9,352 bases of DNA from Fonticula alba ATCC 38817 (taxonomy: Eukaryota; Protista; Nucleariida). This document shows, one piece after another, positions 1 through 7,201 of the stretch. The stretch lies in NCBI GenBank assembly GCA_000388065.2, contig KB932217.1; one strand, written 5' to 3'. Position 1 is the first letter of the stretch. Every line of letters starts with the position of its first letter. A program made the translations under genes and the position numbers. The notes under the pieces were generated by a model. The model had not been told where the DNA came from, made no database searches, and saw only the letters and a program-made list of their open reading frames with translations.

Positions 1-64
1 CGGGGTGTTGGGGGGTGGGTGAGGAGTCGCGCCCGAGGCTCAGCGGCCGGGCGGGGCTTCTTTT

Positions 65-1215
65 TCACCTTTTCGTGGCCCCGGCTCCTGCCGCCATTCC
101 GGCGCACGTTGCCGTCACCGCGCGCCGCGCCCTGCACGCTGGGCGGCCGGGCGGCTCGGCTGGGAGGCCGGGCGGGCCCGCCCGCCTGCAGGCGGACCTC
201 TGTCCCCCCCCCCCCCGGCGCAGGCGGACCAGGCTGCTCTTGCGGTCGTTCAGGGCCGTGGTCGCGCCCGCACCTCGCGATGCGCCAAGGACCGCGGTGG
301 ATCCCTCCGTTGGGAGTTGGGCCTGGGTCCCGGTGCGTTGGGATGCCGGTGCACGTGGGATCCGGTCCACCAGCCCGGCCGGCGGGCCCGTTCCCCCCTC
401 CTCCCCGCCGCCGCCACCCGCCTTGTGTTCCGAGCTTCCCGGGCTCCAGGGGGGAGGCGGGCCACCGGTGGCGGGCACCCTCGGCGGCTGTGTGGCGAGA
501 TGGGCCGGAAGCGGGCGCGGGGGGCGCACGATCGGGCCGCCGGCGGCCTGTCTTGTCTCCTTCTTTCTTTTTTTCGAGGGGGAGGGCATGCGTGCGTCGC
601 GCGGCCGGCGACAGAGCGCCCAAAGCCCGCGGGGGCGATGTGCCGGCGCGCGTACGGCGATCGCGCCGACCACAGGCCCGGCGACCTGTGCACCCGGGGG
701 ATGCCCCTGGTGTCGCATGCATGTGGGCCTGGATGAGGGGGGCGGCGGGAGGCGTCTCGCCCGGCAGGCGGCCGTGCGGCCTCTGCGGCCGTGCCCTCCG
801 ATCGCACTGGACCCCGGTTTGGAATGCCCACCAAGTGCCCGACGAGAGGGGCGCCATGCCTGGCACAGGTACAGAGCCGGCCTGGCCATGGCGTGGGCGG
901 CGATCCCACAGAGGGGAGATCTTCCCGTGGGCTGACAAAGGCTTGTGTGCGCGTGCGTGCGTGTGTGTGCGCGCGCGCGCGCGCGCGAGAAAGCGACAGA
1001 GAGGAGGAGACAGAGCTCTGGGGTACTTCGAGCACCTGCAAACACCGGCACCTGTGGCCTTGCAGCGCCACCACAAGCCCCCATGCCGCACATTCTTCTC
1101 CTGGGGCCAGGCAAGAGAAGCCCGACGACGGACCCGAGAACAGAGAAAGAAGAGAAAGAGTCCCCTCCCGCCCCCCGCGCCCTGCCGCCCCTGCACCCTT
1201 CGCAACAGCAAGCAT
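65..1215 (-). CDS. Tentative spliced hypothetical low-complexity protein, complement(join(65..931,1027..1100,1197..1215)), about 319 aa, with an NLS-like SPSKKRKKE
   Basis: GT-AG introns 1101..1196 (phase 1) and 932..1026 (phase 0, microsatellite-filled) join in frame: MLAVAKG|EECAAWGLVVALQGHRCRCLQVLE|PTGRSPLCGIAAHAMARPALYLCQAW... There is a C/G-ending codon run at TTALNDRKSSLVRL and KKRKKE at 557..574. Neither intron has a CTRAC branch point and I recognise no homology. Confidence 0.3.
944..987. repeat. 44-bp alternating purine-pyrimidine tract (TG/CG mixed, ending in (GC)9G)
   Basis: Read directly: tgtgtgcgcgtgcgtgcgtgtgtgtgcgcgcgcgcgcgcgcgcg. Confidence 0.9.
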
Positions 1216-1306
1216 CCGTGGCCGGGGGTGTGGCCGTCAAATCCCGAACAGCAAGGCACACGATGGGGGGAGTTTCTACTTTCAGGGGGGGGGAAAATGG
1301 AAAAGA

Positions 1307-3921
1307 CTAGATGATGATGGAGCCCGGCCGGGCCAGCGCGCGCTGCGATGGCACAGGCAGGCGCCAGCCCCAGGACACGGGCGACCGGGGGGAAAGGGGA
1401 GGCAGCAATCGCCAGCCTCGGGGCTGGATCCAAGTCGAGGCGGGGGCCTGGCCACAGTCTCGATTCGGGCTCAGCCCCCAGGCCGTGTCCATGGCCCGGA
1501 GGGCAGCCTGCCGGCGGGCGTAAAACCGATACCGGAGGAAGAGCTCCACCAGGACAACGGCATCGTTGACGGCATAATTAACCTGGGCCACGGGGAGCTT
1601 TTCCCGGCCGGCAGACCAATTGCCCATGGTCCAGGTGTCATCGAGCCGCAGACCGAAGCAATGGACGACCGTGGCTTTGAGGCCGCGGATGTTGGAGATC
1701 TTGAGGTGGGGATTGTGCAAGGACTGATCCCCCGGCGGGCAGGGGACCTGATGGGGGTGGCGGTCATATTCCGGCGGGATGGTGGCCGGCTGGCCGCCCT
1801 GCGCGTAGCTCGGCTTGCTAGGATAGGTGGGCGGGGGTTTCGGCCGAGTTGACAAGTCCACGAAGGGCACAAGCTCCTTGCCGGCCAAGCCGGCCAGCGC
1901 GGCCGTCGGGGGCACATCACTGGACCGAGCGTACACCAAGTTGGTCCAGCGCCTGGCCGGCCCGGCCGCGCGGAGGTACTCCCCGAGGCAGCGCTTGGCC
2001 AGGTCCAGGTGGCGGATGGTGTCCATCAGGAAGATGATCGACTGATTGAGGGCCGCATCGATGCCGGCCAGGGAGTCCATGGTGTTCGGCTTCACCGGGG
2101 TCAGGCACACCTGCACCAAGTCCGGCCAGGTATTCGGCCGCCCGGTCTTGGGGCAATCGGAAAACTGAAATAGATTCCCCCGCGGGAAGGCCTCCGTGTC
2201 GAGGCTCGACACGCCGACCGACTGCCGGAGCATATTCTCGAAGTACCTGGCCTGGTGTGGAGAGGTGATCCATACCGTTCGGCTGCCCTTCGGGCGGCCA
2301 TACATCGGGTATGGCGGTCCGTGGACGTCGGGAATCACTTCGTCGGCCGGGACTTGGAGGATATATCTCATCATCCCCTGCCAGGCAATGATGCTGGGGC
2401 TCCTGGCTACCACTCGCACGCCTGGCAGCGGAGTGGCTTGCGCAGCCCAACGTTTGAAGGCAAATTTATCTTTCGAAAGCATCGTCATTCGATCATTATA
2501 CTCGTCCATCCAAAACCGAAAGTTAGCCAGGTGGGCGGCTGGTATTTGGGTGGTACGTCCCAGTCGAGGGAGTTGTGTGTGTGTGTGTGTGTGTGCGCAT
2601 GCGTAGGTGTGCGTAGGCGTGCGCGGATGTGCGCGGATGTGCGTGTGGTTGTGTCCGTCAGTACATGTACACGCGCAAGGCAGGTCCCCAGCCCAGAGGC
2701 CAGGAGACACCCCCCCCAGCACGGCAAATGATGTACCTTCGGAGAAAAAGGTCTTTCGCTTGCTCAGGGACGGGGAGACAAACAGGAAGGTATGCATGAG
2801 CTGACAGGCGGAAACTAGCCCGATGAGTTTGCGGGTGAGCACGCCAGTCTCGCGGAATCTTTTGACGACGTTCTGGTACTGGCGTCTCAGGCGCTCGTCC
2901 ACATCCAGCAGGGTTTGCTCGAAGTCCTCGAGCCGGGGCGGAGTCCACAAGCCGTAGGCCATCATCAGGGCGGACAGGGCCTGACGACAGGAGGGCGCAC
3001 GCGGGAGCGGAGGGGCGGAAACATGGAAAGGTTAGGAAGCAGAGAGCCCACAGGGGCAAAAGGGGGCCGAGAGCGGCCAAGGCCAGCCCACGGGCAGGGA
3101 GAGCAGCATGGCGCGCGGACGCACGAGGAAGGTGGCATTCTCTGAGGGCACCCTGCTGAAAGTGTAGGTCCCCCTCGGGGATAGGGCCAGAGGGTCGATG
3201 TTGACGCCGGACTCTTGGGCCGCCTGGACTGCGTGTTTTTGGCGATGACCACCCCGCGCAGCAGGGAGCCAGTCGAGCGTGTCCGGCCGCCGGCAGGGGA
3301 GGGGAAATGGCGGCATGCGTCAGGCCGGGATGTGGCGAGCGAGGTAACAACCCCACAGGGGTGGCGGGAGGACAACGCACGTCGGGCCGCCAGGATCCCA
3401 TAGGCATGCGGGCCGTGGCCCACCTGAGCCTCGAGGGGGCTGAGCAAGCCCAGTTTAGCCACAAAGGACTGCAAGTGGGCCTTGGATTGGGGGCGAGGCG
3501 AGAACGGGAACAGGCAAGGCAGCGGCTCGACCAGGCCGGAAGAGCACCCGTACATTGCGCGCAGTTCTCGGGGAGCCGGGGCCGGGCCCGGTGTCGCCGC
3601 CGCGGCCGTTGCCGCCGCCGCCGCCGCCGCCGCGGCCACTGCCGTTGCTGCCACCGTGGGTGGGGCACTGGATGTGGTGTTGGCCACACCGGCGTGCGGG
3701 GTGGCAAGCGCATCGGCCAGCGGGGCACCGTCGGGGGCGTGTGCCGGGGCGTCAGCCTCGCGAGGGGTCGAGGCATGGCGATTGGTGTGCCCCTGCGAAT
3801 GCGTGGAGGATCCCTCCTCGGGGTCGGTGGTTGCCTCAGCATGCGCCGCGGCCATGGCATGCATGGCACGGCGCGATGGCACGGCGGCCAGCACGCGCCA
3901 GCAAGACCGGAGCTGAAGCAT
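1307..3921 (-). CDS. DEDDy 3'-5' exonuclease (WRN-exo/RNase D/EXD-like, DnaQ superfamily), model complement(join(1307..2538,2737..2980,3125..3228,3381..3921)), about 706 aa
   Basis: ExoI SLDTE (D 2198..2200, E 2192..2194), probable ExoII D in LVYARSSD (1916..1918) followed by FVDL, then GLK...FGLRL, and MGNWS...LPVAQVNYAVNDA (ExoIII Y 1574..1576, D 1562..1564). Three GT-AG introns join in frame (phases 1, 0, 1; total 2121 nt). The exon 1 start and internal structure are less certain than exons 2-4. Confidence 0.85.
2539..2736 (-). other. Spliceosomal intron 3 of the exonuclease gene (198 nt, phase 1)
   Basis: Donor GAAG|gtacat, branch point TACTGAC at 2657..2663, first downstream AG accag|CCGCC. 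Joins FFSE-A-AHLANFRFW. Confidence 0.8.
2574..2650. repeat. (TG)11 microsatellite (2574..2595) followed by five imperfect 10-bp units (2601..2650)
   Basis: Units gcgtaggtgt, gcgtaggcgt, gcgcggatgt, gcgcggatgt, gcgtgtggtt. Intronic. Confidence 0.85.
2981..3124 (-). other. Spliceosomal intron 2 of the exonuclease gene (144 nt, phase 0)
   Basis: Donor gtgcgt, branch CTAAC at 3031..3035, pyrimidine tract, gtcag|GCC. Joins ENATFL-ALSALMMAY. Confidence 0.85.
3229..3380 (-). other. Spliceosomal intron 1 of the exonuclease gene (152 nt, phase 1)
   Basis: Donor gtgcgt, CTGAC at 3319..3323, first downstream AG acgcag|TC. Joins YGILAAR-L-QAAQESG and supplies the required frame change. Confidence 0.75.
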
Positions 3922-4621
3922 CCCGAAAGCAGGCGAGATAGCTCGGCGGTCCCGCGCAGGGGGCTGGTGGAGGGGTGAGGGTGGTCCGGGGGGGGGGCGG
4001 GCGAGCGGGCGAAGATCCGGGGATGCGGGGAAAAAGAGGGCAGAGGAGAATGAGGTGGAGGGGGGGGGGGGATGCCTGTGTTGTGCGCGTGCGCGCTGCC
4101 GCCTCGCCACGACAGCAGCCGGGCTTTTCGGATCGCCGAGGCGAGGTCAGCGCCCGGGAGATGGGGCCCCTTCCGCGTGGGGATCGGTGGCCGGGTCGCT
4201 GCCGGCCCGGTGCCGCCGGCGCGTGCGCGGTGCCGGCCCTCCCTGCCCATGCGTGCGCGGCCGAGCGGGGACGCCAGCAACGAAGCACACAGTGCCAACG
4301 CTTCCGCCGGTGGTCGCCCGGCGAAAAAGCCCCCCCCCGCGGCCGAGCCCCACACCGGGGCTCTCGGTCCTGACCGCGCCCCCGTCTGGTCGGTTGTTCG
4401 CCGTTCCTTCTGCCCATTGCCGGGTGGGGAGGGCGCGCCCTGATCGGACAACCGCCGGGTACCGGGCTGCTCGTTGAAGAGCGAGCGCGCCGGGGCGCCC
4501 CGCTCCTCCTCCCAGGGAGGGGGGGGGGACCAGGCACACACAGACACACACACACACACACACACAGCACGCTTCTCCCCGTTCCCCCCTCTTTACGCCT
4601 GTCCCTTCCCCCCTTCTCGCG
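3922..4621. promoter_or_regulatory. 700-bp divergent intergenic region (probable bidirectional promoter and 5' UTRs) between the exonuclease and Dad2-like genes
   Basis: Head-to-head ATGs at 3921 (-) and 4622 (+). Both ATGs are preceded by pyrimidine-rich stretches on their own strand. The promoter role is inferred. Confidence 0.5.
4535..4566. repeat. (CA)4GA(CA)11 microsatellite
   Basis: Read directly, about 55 nt upstream of the Dad2-like ATG. Confidence 0.9.
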
Positions 4622-5091
4622 ATGGACCACAGGGAGGACGCCAACCTGGAGGAGCAGCTCCAGGACATCCGTGCGGTCCGCCTGGCCGCGCAGTCGCTCG
4701 TGTCGCTGACGGATCAACTCATCCAGGTGTGTTTGTGGGTGGGCTCCGGCCTCCCCTGCTGGACGCCTGTTCCTTTTTGCCTCCCCCCCCCCCCCCCCCA
4801 GGCCGACTACTGACCGCCGTGTGCCCCCCTCCTTTCGCTCCCGGTCTCCCTCCCGAAGGAGGTGCCGGTGGTGGCGCAAAACTTCGAGGTCCTTGGCTGT
4901 GCGTCCTTGCCCCCTTCTCCGCCCTGCACCCCGCGAGGCTGGTGCGTGCCGCGCGGGAGCTAACCTTCGCCCCTCTCTGCGCTGTGTGATGTCCCGGCCG
5001 GGCAGCCCATTGCACCCAGTGGGAGGCGGTCATGGATGGGTCGCTGGCGGCCCGGACGCCGGCCCGCGGGCCCGGCGCCCCATCCGTCTAG
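4622..5091 (+). CDS. DAD2: Small coiled-coil protein, probable DASH/Dam1 complex subunit Dad2 (Dad2/Duo1-like), join(4622..4726,4859..4898,5006..5091), 76 aa
   Basis: Spliced product MDHREDANLEEQLQDIRAVRLAAQSLVSLTDQLIQEVPVVAQNFEVLGSHCTQWEAVMDGSLAARTPARGPGAPSV*. Both introns are GT-AG with CTRAC and use the first AG after the branch point. The heptad pattern from QLQDI to QWEAV aligns without gaps to fungal Dad2 as I recall it (ELxxL...NAxxVxxLxxNWxxI). The family call is from memory, not from a search. Confidence 0.6.
4727..4858 (+). other. Intron 1 of the Dad2-like gene (132 nt, phase 0)
   Basis: CAG|gtgtgt donor, TACTGAC at 4808..4814, pyrimidine tract, first downstream AG cgaag|GAG. Confidence 0.75.
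4899..5005 (+). other. Intron 2 of the Dad2-like gene (107 nt, phase 1)
   Basis: gtgcgt donor, CTAAC at 4960..4964, first downstream AG ggcag|CC. Confidence 0.8.
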
Positions 5092-5489
5092 ATGTCCTCC
5101 CCCCCCCCCCCTCTCCGTTGTTTTGGCCCTTCTGGGTGGCGGCGCCCCTGCCGATGCACGGCGATGCGCCCGCCCGCTCTGCCCTGGGGTCTCTGGCCCG
5201 GCTCGTGCGTGACGAGGTATGCCAGCGGCTTCCCGCCTGCCCAAAATACAGGCCCCCCCCCCCCTTCCAAATGCAAGCGCGCACAGAGCGGCGCACATTG
5301 GGTGTGGTTGTATATGCATTTGTGTGTATTTTCGGCGAGGCATGTCGGAGGGCACGTGCGCCGGGCGCGACAGGGGGCGAAGAAAAGAAGGACGGGCGAG
5401 GGTGTGGCGGCAAAGCCAGGGGCATCTCAAACTGCAAGAGCCAACATGGTGCGCGCGCCCCGCCCCCTCCGTCGGTCGCTCTGTGGGCC

Positions 5490-5492
<3 letters not shown>

Positions 5493-5522
<30 letters not shown>
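5493..5522. repeat. (TG)15 microsatellite in the convergent 3' intergenic region
   Basis: Read directly. Confidence 0.9.
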
Positions 5523-5523
<1 letters not shown>

Positions 5524-5575
5524 CGGCACGGCAATTGGGCTTCCCCCGCCCCGGTGGGCCGGGGTCCGTGTCGCC

Positions 5576-7009
5576 TCAGAGAGCCAGGGCAGCCAGCAGC
5601 CCGGCCAGCACCGGGGCCAGGATGGCCAGGAGGGCCGGCGCACGGGCCGACACGCCGGCGGCATTGCAGAACTCCTGGACCTGGGCGGCAAAGGAGTCGG
5701 GCTGCTGCTCGCGGCAGGTGCGCAGGTAGGGCTCGGTCTCCATGATGCAGGCTTCGGTGGAGGGGGAGTTGCAATAGTTGAAGCGGGTGATCCACCGGGC
5801 GCACTTCTCGCCACAGTCGACGGTTTGGCTGGCGGCGTCGGTCTGGCAGAAGCGCGTGATGTCATTCGGGTCGGAGGGGTCCTTCCGGCTGCATCCCTGG
5901 CCGATGGGGTCGTCGCTGGCGCTGCCGGCAGGGGGCGGGCCGCTGGAGCTGGGGGCCGAGGATGCCGCACTTGAGGAGGAGGAGGAGGAGGAGGCAGCCG
6001 CGCTGGAGGAGGAGGAGGAGGAGGCCGCCGCGCTGGAGGAGGAGGAGGCCGCCGCGCTGGAGGAGGAAGCAGCTGCGCTGGAGGAGGACGCGGAGGGGGA
6101 GGAGGAGGCCGCGGCAGATGAGCTGGAGGCCGAGGCCGATTCGCAGCCGGGCGGCAGCTGCGGCGGCGGACGCGTGCAGAAGGTGCGGAACTGCCCGCCG
6201 TAGGAGTCGGGCTCATCGCGGTGGCAGTCCACGATGTAGTTGCGGAAGTCATGGTAGCAGCGGGCCGTCGACTCGGCGTTGCACCAGTAGAAGCGGTGAA
6301 TCCAGTCGACGCACCGCTGGCTGCAGTCGACAAACTGCGTCATGATGTCGCACACGATGAGGAAGTCGCTGTCGTCCTGGGGATCGTCGGCGGTGCAGCC
6401 CTCGCCAATGTAGTCGACATTGGGGTCGGTGTCATCGACCAGCTCGCAGTTGAGCGGCGGCGGCGAGGAGCCGGAGGACGAGGCCTCCGGCAGGGATGCA
6501 CTGGTGCTGGCACTGGCACTGGCACTGGCGCTGGCGCTGGCGCTGGCGCTGGCGCTGGCGCTGGCACTGGGGCCGGAGCTGGCGCTGCCAGACGACGACG
6601 AGCCGGGGATCAGCGAGTCCGGGATGGGAGCGGTGAAGCCGGGGATGGCCTCGACCGCCATGCCGGTCAGGGTGGGCACGGGCAGGTTGTTGCCGGAGCA
6701 CAGGTCGCCCGAGGGGAGCCGGCGGCGAATGTCCTCGATGGTCCAGCGGCACTGCCGCATGAAGTCCAGCGTGTGCATGTAGCACGACAGGGTCGAGTGC
6801 TGGCAGGTGAGGTTGGTGTACTTGGTCAGGGCGCAGGCGTCCGAGCAGGGGTCCTCCCGGCAGTAGTGGTGCTGCACCGGCTGGAAGGGGTAGCGAAGGG
6901 CATTCAGGGCGTCGCAATGGACACTGGCCCGGCCGGGCCGGGCGTGGGCCAGCTGGGCGGCCTGCAGCAGGAGCAGGGTCGCCGCCAGGAGTAGGGCATA
7001 CGGCCGCAT
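5576..7009 (-). CDS. Secreted, probably GPI-anchored cell-surface protein (477 aa) with three 8-Cys modules and two Ser/Ala-rich linkers
   Basis: Intronless ORF with ccaccATG context and strong C/G third positions. Signal peptide MRPYALLLAATLLLLQAAQLAHA|R. The C-terminus has small residues (NAAGVSA), a spacer and a hydrophobic tail to the stop with no cytoplasmic segment. Cys modules at aa 32-104, 205-278 and 373-448. One N-glycosylation sequon (NLT, aa 66). Confidence 0.92.
   Translation of the reverse strand: MRPYALLLAATLLLLQAAQLAHARPGRASVHCDALNALRYPFQPVQHHYCREDPCSDACALTKYTNLTCQHSTLSCYMHTLDFMRQCRWTIEDIRRRLPSGDLCSGNNLPVPTLTGMAVEAIPGFTAPIPDSLIPGSSSSGSASSGPSASASASASASASASASASASTSASLPEASSSGSSPPPLNCELVDDTDPNVDYIGEGCTADDPQDDSDFLIVCDIMTQFVDCSQRCVDWIHRFYWCNAESTARCYHDFRNYIVDCHRDEPDSYGGQFRTFCTRPPPQLPPGCESASASSSSAAASSSPSASSSSAAASSSSAAASSSSSAAASSSSSSSAAASSSSSSSSAASSAPSSSGPPPAGSASDDPIGQGCSRKDPSDPNDITRFCQTDAASQTVDCGEKCARWITRFNYCNSPSTEACIMETEPYLRTCREQQPDSFAAQVQEFCNAAGVSARAPALLAILAPVLAGLLAALAL
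5959..6140 (-). repeat. Coding tandem repeat encoding (S4-8 A2-3)n
   Basis: Recurrent gccgcgctggaggaggag units on the + strand, translating SSSSAAASSSS... Confidence 0.85.
6498..6569 (-). repeat. Coding hexamer repeat (ctggcr)n encoding (SA)n
   Basis: ctggcactggcactggcgctggcg... translating SASASASASA. Confidence 0.9.
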
Positions 7010-7169
7010 GGTGGATTTGGCGTCGGACGAGGCGGGGGGAACACGGAGGGGGGGCGGGGGGACTTGGGAGGAGGGGGCTTATTCCCGGTGCGGGGAAGGG
7101 GGTGTGCTGGAAGAGAAGGGCGACTTTTCTTTGGGGGGGTGCCAGCCACCTGGGCCGGTGGGCCGGCCG

Positions 7170-7201
7170 GGCCGGGGCCATTTAAAGGTAGGCCGGGGCC
7201 A
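7170..7201 (-). promoter_or_regulatory. Candidate TATA-like element (TTTAAA, 7181..7186) between two exact 11-bp direct repeats, about 170 nt upstream of the surface-protein ATG
   Basis: ggccggggcca-tttaaaggta-ggccggggcca, an AT-rich island in GC-rich sequence. Function is inferred from position only. Confidence 0.35.

Noticed and set aside
19-223. Apparent plus-strand intron (gtgagg ... poly-C-ggcgcag) with downstream exon RTRLLLRSFRAVV
   Set aside because: The reverse-complement frame has more typical codons (CTG AAC GAC CGC AAG AGC). I cannot exclude it, but it is not supportable as a feature.
188-230. 11-bp direct repeat gcaggcggacc flanking a 21-bp C13-containing segment (TSD-like)
   Set aside because: The insert is too small for a mobile element, has no terminal repeats, and a chance match is plausible in GC-rich DNA.
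2963-2965. ORF-track start (MMAYGL) for the exonuclease
   Set aside because: It is internal to exon 3, whose acceptor is at 2981..2982, and upstream exons join in frame.
2658-4565. 635-aa minus ORF and other long Pro/Arg/Gly/Ala-rich ORFs in the track (e.g. 15..935, 19..1314, 791..1852, 4960..6333, 7008..8021)
   Set aside because: They are expected from stop-codon scarcity at this GC content, run through microsatellites and homopolymers, and overlap better-supported genes in other frames or strands.
4622-4813. Unspliced 63-aa ORF, or the 38-aa form spliced at 4801, as the main product
   Set aside because: The branch point TACTGAC lies downstream of that AG. The distal acceptor restores an ungapped Dad2-like helix ending in W.
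5778-6994. Plus-strand ORFs 5778..6203 (poly-Glu/Ala) and 6221..6994
   Set aside because: Antisense shadows of the GC3-rich surface-protein CDS and its Ser repeats.
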